Shown here: piece after piece, positions 1 to 11,250 of the stretch | Layout: each line of letters opens with the position of its first letter | Numbering within the stretch: the first letter of the stretch is position 1 | NCBI GenBank assembly: GCA_039621445.1 | Contig: CP154954.1 | Coordinates: 21,066,642 to 21,130,641 of the forward strand | Direction: 5' to 3' | Length of the DNA: 64,000 nt | Source: Euglena gracilis | Lineage: Eukaryota | Notes under the pieces: generated by a model | What the model was told of the DNA's origin: nothing | Databases searched by the model: none | The model's input: the letters and a program-made list of their open reading frames with translations, nothing else | Made by a program: the position numbers and the translations under genes

Positions 1-322
1 TGGGCCCCCCTCACCTGGTAGAGTGGGCCCCCCACACCTGGGGGGGGACCCCCTGTTTGGCCAAGAATTCTTTAGTGATTGAAGCAATCGTATCAGCACT
101 TATGGCCTTGCAGGGATTTTTAGTGAAATCAGGAGGGGACCCCCAGGGTTTACGTCAAACCAGGTTGAGGCCACAGGCCATTCGGGCTGCGCACACTGTG
201 GGGGGTGAGGTGAGGTCCTGCTTCTTTTGCCGGCTTGTTGTGTGATTGTTTTTTGGCGGGGTCTTTCTTACTGGTTTTTGTTGCCGGAGTTGGCGGATCA
301 CAATCGTCCTTCGAACTACAAA

Positions 323-1257
323 ATGAGTTTCACCATGCTGGATTTACTATCTGAAGATGAAGCGAAGTACAACAGTGCATGGGGCACTTTATTTTTAAGC
401 ACAGACCTGCTGGGAGCATTTCTGCGAGAAACCTCTGGGGAAGATGTTCAAAGAGTTTTGACGGCAGGTTTGCGTTGGCAAGGAGGAGGCAGGAATACTG
501 TGAGGGCGGCGAAGGAGCTGAGAGCTATCAGCGGCACATCTCTCATCAGCGCCAGCTGGGTGAAGTATCTGATGTCCTCTTGTTCTCACTCGCCTTGGTA
601 CGTGCGATAGAAGTGCTGCAGTTAAAGCTGAGCGAGAGAGCTGGAGAGTGTGCCTTCAGGCTGGCCGAGACGTGGAAAACGCTGCTAGAAGGCGGCACCG
701 CCGAGAAGAAAGGGAAGCAGAAGGTCGCGGCAAGCGCCGCGATGGAAGAAGACGACGAGGAGGACGAGGAAGAGGTGGCGGCGGAGACACCAGTGGAGCG
801 GCTCCCCTGGCAAGAGGATATGACCCCACTTCCCCTCGATCTGTCGGCCTGCCTCAGGCAGGCGGCGGCAGGTCCACGATTACCCTGGAAACAAGTCCTG
901 AACGAGCTGCCGCTCTTCCAGGACCTAAAAACGCGAGCTGAGGTCAACAACCACAACCCGGACGCCAAGGCCCCCATGGACAAGATGCTCAAAGGAGTAC
1001 AACAAAAGTTTACCCATTCGATGAGGATGATGGCCACCATCTACAGTCAGGTGGATGCATTCCCAGAGGACTATCGAGTCCTCTCCCAGCAACTCTTCTT
1101 CGCCATGGCGGAGTTAGAACAAGGACTTCGCCGAGAACGGAAGCGTCGAGGTATACCTGGAGCAATACCTTCAACGTCTCTTTTCAAAAGAAGACCTTCA
1201 GGTGGAGAGGACTCAGCAGCAGCTGAACAGTGCTGGTATGAACACACAGGTGGGTAG
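323..1257 (+). pseudogene. DIRS gag-like ORF1 (frameshifted: 323-610 and 379-1257)
   Basis: Shares LK.RAE.NNH..D.K...D..L...QQK and LSQQLF...RRKR.IP with ORF 30229-31068 of DIRS copy 3; lies upstream of RT. Confidence 0.7.
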
Positions 1258-1659
1258 GGTGGAATGGTGGCATTTTCCCACCCCCACAGGCAGCCGAGGC
1301 TGGAAATTCAAAGGACGATTCAAGGGTTTCAGAGGAGGATTCAAGGGTGGAAGAGGAGGCTATGGCAGCCAAGTATGGAGAAGTCCCTGGACTTCCAAAG
1401 GGTATGGCGCCCAGTCAAATCCAGCTCCTCCCTCCTTGTCCATTGCAGGAAAAAGGGCAGAGGGAAGCCCTGACATCCAGGTCCCTGGAGAGGGCACCAG
1501 ACAGCCCCCAGATTGGGGTGAACAGAAGTCAAGCTACCCTGCTGTGGAAGGAGCAAGATGCTCCACACCCTTCTTCTTGTCCCACAACCCCACGTTCAAC
1601 GTCAGTCAGCCCCAACCAGGGGGCACAGGGCCTCAACCTGCAGCAGCAGCCAGGAGAGT

Positions 1660-2538
1660 GGGATGAAAAGATGGTAAAGATAATCTTGAGTCAGCAGGAA
1701 AGATGGAAAGACTCCCCTCTCTTTCAGAGGTTGAGGGAATGTCTCCCCTGGTGGAAAACCCATGCTCACCCCAAAGTGTTGCAAATGAATCAACAAGGGG
1801 TGGGGGCAGATCGACCCCTTCCAGTAAAACTTTCCACCTGTCCGCGGCAAAAGAACAAGCCAGAAACGTTACTGGCCACAGAAATTTCGGAGGATTAAAA
1901 AAAGTCAGGAGCTGTCAGAGTGGTGACAGATTCTCAAAACACCAGACATCTGGTGCCCTGGTTTGTGTTATCCAAACCAGAATGGGAGGGGGTGAAACAA
2001 CGTCTTATCGCAGACTGCAGGGAACTCAATCTTTATTGTTCCCCAGAAAGACTCACACTGGAAAACATTTCCACCATTTTTCCCCTCCTCAAGCAAGGTT
2101 GGTATGCTGCAAAACTGGATATCAAAGCTGCTTACTTCCCCCTGGCCCTTCAAGAAAATTTCAAAAACTTTGTAACGATGGAGGTAGGAGGAAAACTGTG
2201 GCAGTTTCAAGGTGCTTGTTTTGGTCTAAGCACTCTCCCAAAAGTTTTCCTGTCCCTCATGAAAGTGCTCCTAAAACTTTGGAGATCAAAGGGTCTCATG
2301 GCATTCGTTTATTTGGACGACATCATACTAATTGGTTCCTCAGAAAATTTGGTAAAAAAGCAACTGACCATGATGATACAAAATCTGCGTTCTGCATGAT
2401 TCAGGATATATCTCAAAAAATAAATTATCTCCCCTACTCAAAAGCTGCACCACCTGGGATTCACCGTCAACCTCCAAGATGGGCTGCTGGAGGTGCCAGC
2501 TGGAAAATTAATAATCATCAGAAAGGAACTGGGAAAAG
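1660..2538 (+). pseudogene. DIRS reverse transcriptase (with stops/frameshifts)
   Basis: ORF 1920-2399 contains HLVPWF, RLIADCR, LDIKAAYF, YLDD; HLGF follows. Confidence 0.9.
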
Positions 2539-2950
2539 AGTGTACGTCCAAGGACTTCCCTTTGACCCTTTTTGCCCCGAAAAAGCCTGTTTTGCTTTCT
2601 CCTGGTGCGCACCTACTTAGGTGAGTAAAAAATCCTTGGAGTAACAAAACCCTTTTTCCCAATTCCCCTATGCTAAGGCAGAGCACAAAGCAAGCCGCTG
2701 TGAAAGGATTTTCCTGCACAGTCGTGTTCAGTCTTTTCAGAGGGTTATCCTCTTACTTCAAAACAGTCAGAATGTGAAGAATAGAATACCACCTGTGGGG
2801 AAAAGAGATCACGCGAGCACGTGTGATACGTGTCGCTAATTCCCATAGGATCTGCCACGATCGTCAGGCTGTGTTCATCACAGCCGTCAGATTGTTACGT
2901 ATCCTGACTCTGCAGGTTTCCTACAGAGCTGGGATCGTGCCTGGTACACA
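2539..2950 (-). repeat. 3' LTR of the gypsy element
   Basis: Direct repeat of 18914-19318 with a few substitutions and indels; abuts the PPT. Confidence 0.95.
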
Positions 2951-2960
2951 TCCCCCTCCC
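2951..2960 (-). promoter_or_regulatory. Polypurine tract GGGAGGGGGA
   Basis: Immediately precedes the 3' LTR on the minus strand. Confidence 0.85.
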
Positions 2961-3843
2961 AGGGCTATGCCCGATTTCCTTCTTGGACCAGGTCATCCCA
3001 GGTCCCGTCCGGATTTCGGACACAGCCTTGTTCGGGTTCTGCTTTCCAGAACACGGATCTTCCACGGGGGCACAACCCAAAAACCCGAAAACGCGCAAAA
3101 GGTTACCGCTTCTCGCTGTTACCTATTAGCCGTTTCGGCTTAGGGGTGCGAAAAAGCCCACTGTGGGAAACGGGGCTGGCAGGCTTCCTGACAAAGTGTC
3201 CCATCCACCCACTTTGGGTGTGCCAAAGGCACGCGGGGTTGGTCAAGCGTATTCGCTGAAAACCCGAGGGGAGAGGTGTGGAAGGGGGGGGGGTGGCAGG
3301 CTCCTATCCTGGTCATAGGGCTCCTAGGCGGTCATATCCGCACTAGGAAACAAAAGCCTACTTACCAAACCGACTGCCGGCGACAGCTTTGCGGGGTTGG
3401 GGGGAAAGTAGGGAGGAGAGGGGGGCTGGATTAGGCCAAAACAGAATTTTTGCTGTCTGGCAGCCTTAGGCGGCCTTATTGGCCGAAAAGTGACAAGTTG
3501 GCCTATTATTACGGCGTGCGCGCTGTGTGCTGTGTGTCACTTAGAGGCTTGCCAGGTTTCCCGGCTGCCAAGGTCTTCACAACAGTAGCTCCTTCACGAC
3601 GCGATAAGAGGCGCTTACCTCCTGCAGACGCTTTCCGTCCGCATGGCCATTGGTAGAGGGGTTGGGGGGGGGGGGGCTCTTGGATGCTTCCATCCAGAGC
3701 GCAGAGTGTGTGACACAGACCCAGGTTCATCCCAAGGCTGTTTAGCGATTTCCGCTACCAGTGTATTGTGTATGAGTCTCCTGGGGTGTCCAGGCTCCAT
3801 GAAGGCGCTTACCTTACATGGGCCTGGTAATGCCGTTTCGGCA

Positions 3844-6800
3844 TTACATCCTTTCCAACCGCCAATAATCATGGCGGGAGTCCACCAGGACCATCTGAAA
3901 ATGCGGTGGTGGTGGCCTGTCCACGAGCCAGGTTGCTGGCGATTCGTAGTAAAAGTCAGGTGCCACCCAGTCCCGAACCCATCCTTCCGGGACTGTGTGC
4001 TTGGTTGCACTCGCTCTTTCCGCGAGGAACCATTGCAGCTTCTCCCAGAAATTCCTGGGCAGAGTGGCTGGCCAGATGAAGTGATTCATCCGTGGGTGAT
4101 TGGCTGACACCTGCGGGGCATTCCCCGGGTGGAAGTCAATGGGCATGTGATACGCACATTCCGCGCGGACTGTATGGGGTCGTAATACGGCCCCAAGCCA
4201 GTCTTTCCAGGTCATCCCGTGGCTTTCGGGTGGCCATTGTGGCAGGCACCAGCGACCGTTTCGGTCCTGGGTTGTGAACAGGCGGAAAAATATCTTTTCC
4301 CTGTCCGCTGTCTCCCAGAGGTAAGGTAATCTTACCCCTGCCTCCTCAGCAGCGAGGCGTATCGCCCCACTGTCGATCTGCCACCCACGGGCCATTCCCG
4401 TGTGGTGGTAGTCGTCAAGCTTGAGGTTGGAGTACTTGAAAAAGTCCTTGTACTTTTTGTGCAAGCTGGAGTATTCCTCCAGTGGCTTCTGGGCTCTTGG
4501 CACGATTGTGCGAACTGCGCCTTCCGCAGTTTGCCAGAAGGTACCTCGAAGGCAGTTGACACAGAGTAGTGGTGCATTCGTACCATCTCGCTCGGTGTAG
4601 CTAAAATTGTGCTTGTGGGTCAAACTGTCCACGCACTTGGCGCATACCAAGGCGGCACAGTTGGGGATGTATACATCCTTGTGGAACGATTTCCGATACA
4701 CAGGGTTGCACACATGGACGAGGGATAATCCAAAGTCAGGTGCACCGTTATACATCTTGTGGCATACAGTGCAAAGCCACACAAAACGGTTTTCCGTCGT
4801 TTTGTCGACGAGTAATTCCTCGCCGAAGTATTGGGCCAAAACACGGGGGTATCTGGAATTGTAATAATTCCAGGTCACGTTCTGATCAAAGGACCATTTT
4901 CGGCCCTGACAGAACAGTGGCTCAATCCATCGGTTGAGACATTGATGTGTCCTCGGTTTGTGGTCGATCATCATGTACCTGTTTTTCAGGTTATGAGTCC
5001 CAGGATCATCCTGGTTGATCGCGTTCCAGTCGATGACAACTTCGTCTTCCGAAGGTGTCTCGGCTGTTGAGGCGCGGGATATTCCCTGCCCCTTTGACTG
5101 AGGTTTCGGCTGTGAGGTTTTCCCATAGCCGGATGACGTGACGTGCGTGAATCCTTGTCCCGAGGTTGATCCCCGAGAAGAGGATGCAGCACTCTGGCCT
5201 CCAGCACCACCACCGCCTTTCGGTGGGGGCTGATCACCAGATTTCGGTGTGGGCTTGCAAGGGGCGGCGCCTGGCTTTGTTTTCGCCCGGGCCTTCGGAC
5301 TTCCGGTTTCCGGAGTATCCGAGGGCCGCCGTTCGGCGTCACGCTTGCTCGCCCAGGTGCGTGGTGACGCTTGGGACGGGGGTCTTCTCCCCGACGCCGA
5401 GCGTCGTGGACCTTCAGCAGGGGCTTCCAGAGCTGATGGTCGTCCTACACGCTCCTTCGCGGCTTCCGTGGGTTTCCCAGGGGTAGCCGTGGTGGATGGT
5501 GTGGGTGTAGCCTTGGCCGGCGCACTTCGCGCTGGCTGAGCCCGTGGTGGAGGCATGGACGTCCGCTCGGCCTGTTTTTCAGGCGCCGGTGACCGTGTGC
5601 CTTGACCCTTCTGTGCAGTGATTGTGGCTGTGCCCTGAGGTGCGGGTTCATCCCGTGCCTCTGGTGGCAGTGCCCGTGCTGGTACAGGTTCATCCTGTAC
5701 TGTCACGGTGGGTATTGTCTCCACTGCCATTGCTGTCTGGTCGCCTTCCTTCCGTGTCGCTTCCGACACTGGCGGTGGCGCCGGCGTTGGGGGAGGTTCA
5801 TCCTCCGCCATGGCTGTAATGTCAGGTGTTTCTTCCACCGGCTGGGCAGTTTCCGCCGCGGCTGTGGAATAACTGGCCGCAGTGCCACGTGGAGTGACAA
5901 CTGCGATCAGTGACCGCAAACCACCAAGTACGCGCCCGCCCAGTGAGGTGCGCCGCTCAGGTCCTTCACCTGAAGTGGGCTCCTCCGCTGGCTCCTCTGT
6001 CGACGGGGTTTCCACGGAAACAGGGAGCTTGAGGCGTAATACCTCAGGCGTGTGGGGTACCGTCTCCGGCGGGTTTTCCCGCGGAGGGGTCGGTACGCCT
6101 GCCGTACCCGTTGAGGTTGGTGACAGTGGCACAGGTGTCATTTCACCTGTCGGTGATACTGGACGCTGGGCAGTTTCTGCCACAGTGTCCAGCAACACGA
6201 CCGATGGGCTACGGGTTTCCCGTGCCGGAGGTTCCGCTGGCTGAGGTTCATCCTGGGCCATTGGGACCGTTTCCTCCTCCTCCTCCGCTTCCGGAGGGGA
6301 TTCCTCTGTGTGTAGTTGTGCTGCAGTACGCGGGTCTTTTGCGCTCCTGTAGCACCCTTGTGTGTCTGACAGGCGGTAAAAGCTTATACTTTCACTCCGG
6401 TCAGAGTTGGGGTATGGGGGCGGCCACGACGCTCTCACCCAGCTTCCGGGTGGAGGTTGCGGCTCGTCGTCGTCGATCAGACAGAGGTCTTCCCACTGCT
6501 GTCGACAATTCTCGCTCACGCCGTATTCTCCTGGGTCTTCCAGGAAAGCGGGCAGCGGCAACGCATAACGAGGTTCTTTCCCCTCGTGTGCCGCGAAAAA
6601 CATTTGGAAATCTTCCCAGATCAGGATATTCCCGAACTGGGTGTCCAGGTGCTCCTGGAGGCCGATTTCGGCGTCTTGCCAGTCCGGTCGCAGGTTCATC
6701 CTGCGTTGGTCCGGGTCATTGGGTCTGGCGTCTACCTCGGTGTATCCCCGAGGTAACCACTTTCTGTGCATATCCACATCAGCGGTCATGTATTTCAGGA

Positions 6801-8613
6801 AATATATGTAGACCTCCAGGACGTAGGTAATCCACGCCCTGTGCCAGTACTGTTGTAGCAGAAATATTTTCTGCCGGTGCTGTTTCAGCACCTTTCGGTC
6901 TTGCGTTCCGATCTGGGGATTCCGGCACTGATGCAGGAGGAATCTCCTGGTCGGCTGGCTACCGGCATTCTCGGCAGTCGGAGGCGGTTTTCCGCGTTCT
7001 CCGAAACCCCAGAAGTCAGCAATGTGAACTTCCTTGCAAAACTGGCATTCCAGTTTGTACCGCTGGGGGTACGCGAGGTCGACGTCCAGTACCTTGAACA
7101 GCGTGCCATACATGCTGTCCAAGTATACTTGGAGATTGCATGTGAACATTACCGCGGCCTGCGCCTGGAGTTTCTCCGGCAGGGGGTAATATTTCCACTG
7201 AATTCCCAGTGCTCCCACGGAATACATGTGCGTGAAGATTTCCTTCAACTGTGCGACGAACGTTTCGTCGTCGTCACAATTATTCATACAATCGATATAC
7301 GTCAGACCGTTTCGGTCGGTAAAAATGCCGAAATTCTGGCAGGGGTATCCCAACCAGAACCACAGCTCCCAGAAACCAGGCATCCGGTCCAGGACAACTT
7401 CATTCGAATGAGGGTATCCCTCAAAATCATGAAGTTCAGAACTGTAGAAAAAACGTTTGCAGTGATCGTTCATGCGATTCTGCACCACTTCGAGCACCGC
7501 ATCCGGTGGTCGGTGGATCATGTTGCCTGCTTTTGTGTACTTTTGGAGATCTTCGTCGGTTTTCTGCCAGATCTCCTCAAGGTATTTGAACACCGAGGCA
7601 ACGTCGTAGTCCTTCGTTTTCGAAGGTTCGGCGGCTTTTCCGCCTTTTCCTGCTGGGGGTCCGGCAGATTTTCCGCCTTTGCCTGGAGCTGGCCAAGCGG
7701 CTTTTCCGCCTTTGCCAGGTGGGGCTTTTCCACCTTTCTCCTGGCCTTTTCCTTTCCCCTTACCCTTGCCCTTTCCTTTACCCTTACCCTTTGTGTTGGA
7801 CAGCCATTCGAATGTTGCCCAGTAATCCCAATATTCTGGGTCTTCTGGTGTAAACACAGGGAAAGTCACGGATTCCGTGCTGGGCGTTCGAGCAATTTCC
7901 TGCTCAGCGTCGCCACGATTTGAGTAAACCGGCGCGAGCAGGGACAGTCGGGTTTCCCGACGTGCCCGTTCTGCCGTCACGTCTGGCGCTGGCGGAGCTT
8001 CCTCCTCAGCGTCAACGTGCATCGCCGCGGGCGGATTTTCCGACCTCGGCGAGTGGCGCTGTGACTGCGGCGTCAGATTTTCCGGGCCGCGGTCACGCTT
8101 GCCGGCGGCAGAGCTTGTGGGTCGTGCCGGTGGTGCTTCCGCCACAGCAACACCCCGCTGTCGCGCTGGTTGACTGGGTTGTGATGGAGCTGGGACTCCA
8201 GTGAGAGCTGACACGGCAGCATCATACTGCTGGCGCTCTTCCATCGTCATTTTCGCCCGGGCAGGGTATCCCTGGCCAGCGGAAACAGGGGGGCGACGTG
8301 CGATTTGTCGTTGGATCGTCACAGCATATTCATACTGTTGACGTTCCTCCTCGGAATCGAACGCCCGGCCAGTCCACGGGTTAACGGGTTCATCCCGAAC
8401 CGGAGGCACTGGCGCCGCACGAGGCGCTGCCGCGGCTTCCCGCGGACGAGCGCTTCGGGCAGGGTCAGACGTCGCGGGAGGGTTTCCCTCCACAGAACGT
8501 CGTGGCATAGTGTCAGGTATGGTTGGGTGGGGTTGAGGTGGATACACGTACTGATCCCGTGGCGCTGGTGTCTCCTGGGGGTAATCCCCCAGAGACAGTG
8601 TACTGAGACACAT
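3844..8613 (-). CDS. Extra ORF of the gypsy element (1589 aa, function unknown; low-complexity tracts and Cys/His clusters)
   Basis: Uninterrupted 4.77-kb ORF between the chromodomain and the PPT, same strand as pol; first ATG near 8508 (MPRRS). Confidence 0.8.
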   Translation of the reverse strand: MCLSTLSLGDYPQETPAPRDQYVYPPQPHPTIPDTMPRRSVEGNPPATSDPARSARPREAAAAPRAAPVPPVRDEPVNPWTGRAFDSEEERQQYEYAVTIQRQIARRPPVSAGQGYPARAKMTMEERQQYDAAVSALTGVPAPSQPSQPARQRGVAVAEAPPARPTSSAAGKRDRGPENLTPQSQRHSPRSENPPAAMHVDAEEEAPPAPDVTAERARRETRLSLLAPVYSNRGDAEQEIARTPSTESVTFPVFTPEDPEYWDYWATFEWLSNTKGKGKGKGKGKGKGKGQEKGGKAPPGKGGKAAWPAPGKGGKSAGPPAGKGGKAAEPSKTKDYDVASVFKYLEEIWQKTDEDLQKYTKAGNMIHRPPDAVLEVVQNRMNDHCKRFFYSSELHDFEGYPHSNEVVLDRMPGFWELWFWLGYPCQNFGIFTDRNGLTYIDCMNNCDDDETFVAQLKEIFTHMYSVGALGIQWKYYPLPEKLQAQAAVMFTCNLQVYLDSMYGTLFKVLDVDLAYPQRYKLECQFCKEVHIADFWGFGERGKPPPTAENAGSQPTRRFLLHQCRNPQIGTQDRKVLKQHRQKIFLLQQYWHRAWITYVLEVYIYFLKYMTADVDMHRKWLPRGYTEVDARPNDPDQRRMNLRPDWQDAEIGLQEHLDTQFGNILIWEDFQMFFAAHEGKEPRYALPLPAFLEDPGEYGVSENCRQQWEDLCLIDDDEPQPPPGSWVRASWPPPYPNSDRSESISFYRLSDTQGCYRSAKDPRTAAQLHTEESPPEAEEEEETVPMAQDEPQPAEPPARETRSPSVVLLDTVAETAQRPVSPTGEMTPVPLSPTSTGTAGVPTPPRENPPETVPHTPEVLRLKLPVSVETPSTEEPAEEPTSGEGPERRTSLGGRVLGGLRSLIAVVTPRGTAASYSTAAAETAQPVEETPDITAMAEDEPPPTPAPPPVSEATRKEGDQTAMAVETIPTVTVQDEPVPARALPPEARDEPAPQGTATITAQKGQGTRSPAPEKQAERTSMPPPRAQPARSAPAKATPTPSTTATPGKPTEAAKERVGRPSALEAPAEGPRRSASGRRPPSQASPRTWASKRDAERRPSDTPETGSPKARAKTKPGAAPCKPTPKSGDQPPPKGGGGAGGQSAASSSRGSTSGQGFTHVTSSGYGKTSQPKPQSKGQGISRASTAETPSEDEVVIDWNAINQDDPGTHNLKNRYMMIDHKPRTHQCLNRWIEPLFCQGRKWSFDQNVTWNYYNSRYPRVLAQYFGEELLVDKTTENRFVWLCTVCHKMYNGAPDFGLSLVHVCNPVYRKSFHKDVYIPNCAALVCAKCVDSLTHKHNFSYTERDGTNAPLLCVNCLRGTFWQTAEGAVRTIVPRAQKPLEEYSSLHKKYKDFFKYSNLKLDDYHHTGMARGWQIDSGAIRLAAEEAGVRLPYLWETADREKIFFRLFTTQDRNGRWCLPQWPPESHGMTWKDWLGAVLRPHTVRAECAYHMPIDFHPGNAPQVSANHPRMNHFIWPATLPRNFWEKLQWFLAERASATKHTVPEGWVRDWVAPDFYYESPATWLVDRPPPPHFQMVLVDSRHDYWRLERM

Positions 8614-9271
8614 GTTCCTGCGCAGGATAATCCCGCCGGGGCATGCGCTCAGGGGATTGAAAAATACTTTCTTTCACACGTGGGTGTTCACTCCGGACAG
8701 GTGCTTCCCCTGTCTCTTCCTCGGGTAATCCGGGGGAGTGAGCACGAAAATGTGCAGTGTAAGTGCCAACTGGTGGTACCTGCCGTGCTACCTGTGGCGG
8801 GACTTCCACGCCCAGGTCACGCATGGTAATGTCCGCCGCGAATCCCGACGTGTCCGGGTCGGTGTAATACACCAAACCGGTCATCGTTGCCTGGGCGCAC
8901 ATACACCACAGGGCTGGAGGGGTATTCGCGATGGTCAAAATTTGACGACAGTGGTCATCCCACAACACCTGTGTGAGGTGGTCTGGTGCCGGGTTTGCGC
9001 TCATACGCATCACCCGGTTCATCGTCTCCGCCGTGCGGTGGATCATCACACCCGCATACGGTGGGAGGCGACGAGAGCCTGATGGCTGAGATGGCCGCGC
9101 TTCCGCGGACATCGGGGTCATCCTGCTACTGCTGCTGGCCTCAGGGTTTCCCTGAGCCGCAGTTCGTGCAGGTGGCTGCGTACCGTATCGGTACGCATAC
9201 TGGTCAGGTTGTGGGTGAGTGGTTGGGTGGTAAGGCGGTCCTCCGCCTGGCTCCCTTCGACCGGGCAGCAT
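8513..9271 (-). CDS. Extra ORF (252 aa), possibly the frameshifted N-terminus of the 1589-aa ORF
   Basis: ATG start; overlaps the large ORF by about 100 nt in another frame. Confidence 0.5.
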   Translation of the reverse strand: MLPGRREPGGGPPYHPTTHPQPDQYAYRYGTQPPARTAAQGNPEASSSSRMTPMSAEARPSQPSGSRRLPPYAGVMIHRTAETMNRVMRMSANPAPDHLTQVLWDDHCRQILTIANTPPALWCMCAQATMTGLVYYTDPDTSGFAADITMRDLGVEVPPQVARQVPPVGTYTAHFRAHSPGLPEEETGEAPVRSEHPRVKESIFQSPERMPRRDYPAQEHVSQYTVSGGLPPGDTSATGSVRVSTSTPPNHT

Positions 9272-9435
9272 GATACCGCCCGGGGTCGGTACGGTGGGGT
9301 GGTTGGGTTATTGGTTGTAGGTTGGTAAGGGTAATCGCTTGTGTGTTGTTTGGTAAAAAAAATTATGCGGAAAGAAAGAATGATAAGAATCAATGATAAA
9401 AAGAAAAGAAAACGACATGGGTTTCCCATGCGTTC

Positions 9436-11250
9436 TCAAAAACTTGTCATGGAAACATCAATGTTATGCTTCTTGTTCCACAGCTTCCAAACTTGCTGGA
9501 CATACCCAACAAAACTGGTTGATGGCTCCCAAGTGTCCTCCTCGGGCCCATACCCTTTCCAGCGGACCTTCCAAAGGTGCATACCTTTGTCGATTTTGTG
9601 ATCGATAATTTTATCGACTACAAAGTCGTCCGTCTCAGGTAATCTGGAACGGGGCTTGAAGTGCAAGCACGGGATGGGTTTCCCATCCGGCGGTGCCAGG
9701 TATGGCTTGAAGTCGTCCATATGAACGTCCTCAACAGCATTCGGTAATGCAACCTTGTATCGCCCGCTGGTACCTAGTCTTTCTAGGATTTCACAGGGGC
9801 CGAGAGCCAAAGGGGGTCCAGCTTGGAAGACTGCATGCGAGTACGGCTATTCCGCACCCACACGCGGTCACCGGGACTATACACAGGTGACTTGAAATTC
9901 TGCAAAAACGATTTCCGTTTAGTTGCATGAATATCAGTGACTCGCTTCTGGACTGCAGAACGTAGATTTTCTACGTCCGCAAACCAGGTCTCGCAACTGA
10001 CACTCTTTCGGGCGGGTCTCTCCGAAGGGACATCCCCTATGGCCGGAGGGTCCCGTCCGAAAACTAATTTATAGGGTGAGTGAGGTAAAACCAACCCTGG
10101 TAGGGTATTGATATAAAACAAAGACCATGGTAGCACTGATATCCAGTTGCTGCGCGAGTCAGCCAGTGAAAGGCGAAGCATATTCACGACGGATTTCACG
10201 GCTGCCTCGGCTCTACCGTTGCCTTTGGGTCGGTATATAATGGAAAAATGTTGCTCAATTCCGAGTAAACCGCACAAAGTGGTGAAAAACCTTGAAGAAA
10301 TCAAATGGTCTTGATCACTCACAATTTCATTCGGCAAACCCATTAAGCAAACACATTTCTCCAAAAATATAGTTGCCAAAAATTGGGCAGTCAACCCTGA
10401 CTTCTGGCATGGAATGGCTACAATGTACCCACTCAGCCTGCAGACGACAACAAAAACGTAATCGTAAATTTTGTCGTCCGTTCCTTAGCACGGTTCTAAT
10501 TCTAGAAAATCCATGCAGAGGGATGTAATAATGTCAGTGGGTACGGGGAAAAAATCCATCGTACCAGGGGGGGTACCTCTGCGGGGTTTTACCGCTTGAC
10601 AAATTTGACACCGTTGCGCTATTCGCAAACAGCGTGAGTAAAGCTCTTTCTCGCTCAGGGTTGCGCAATACCTGCGGCCCACCAACGAAAGAAGTTTGGG
10701 GGCCCCAGGGTGACCGTGGTTGTGATAGCACAAAATCACATCACCAACCAGGTCCTGGGGGACACAATATTTGTAACCCGATTCATTGCGAAAAACCAAC
10801 CGTAAAGGTGAAAGAGTGAAATTCTCCAGCACTTCGCCATTGCGAAGTCTGGTTACAATGGTGTCATACACCGGATCACGACTATAATCCCATTCGCGAA
10901 AGAACAGTGGGGAAGGGGACTCCGTGCGCGTTATACGCTGGGGTCCAGACGTGCTTCCACGTCGGCGCCTTCCACGCACTGGTGCGACCAGGATTAGTTT
11001 TGAAACCGGAAAAGAATCCAAAAGATTATCCGCAACGTCGTTTCGACGTGCGTATTCGTCAGCTTCCTGACTTCCATGAAAAGTCGCGTCTCCCTCATCC
11101 GGGTTCCCATGGTAATACCAAGGGGCCCGACTGAGCGGATCCGCTACTTTCTGTGTGTGACCAGGGGTATAAATAACCACAAGGTTGAATTGACTCAAGA
11201 ACTCATGTCATCTGCATCGCCTTCCGACCGATGACATGGCCTTGTTCAAA
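9436..11250 (-). pseudogene. Integrase with C-terminal chromodomain
   Basis: H..GHPG...C..CQ zinc motif, CMDF, IVSDQD, PKGNGRAE, GDRVWV, and chromodomain [23 protein letters not shown]. Contains an in-frame stop at 10485 and a frameshift near 9800. Confidence 0.93.

Larger units (their letters stand above)
1..2538 (+). mobile_element. DIRS-like retrotransposon copy 1, 5' part (gag-like ORF + RT), interrupted by the gypsy element
   Basis: RT motifs RLIADCR..N, KLDIKAAYF, CFGL, YLDDII. The frame ...KELGK resumes after 19318 as KVVL..SCRKIASILG, followed by RH, MT and YR. Left boundary not defined. Confidence 0.85.

Noticed and set aside
1703-2620. 305-aa ORF overlapping the DIRS RT
   Set aside because: Only its alternative frames carry RT motifs; it has no independent support.
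6877-7923. 348-aa plus-strand ORF
   Set aside because: Antisense shadow of the 1589-aa ORF with no recognisable motifs.
3844-8613. Retroviral env
   Set aside because: No signal peptide or transmembrane anchor is visible.
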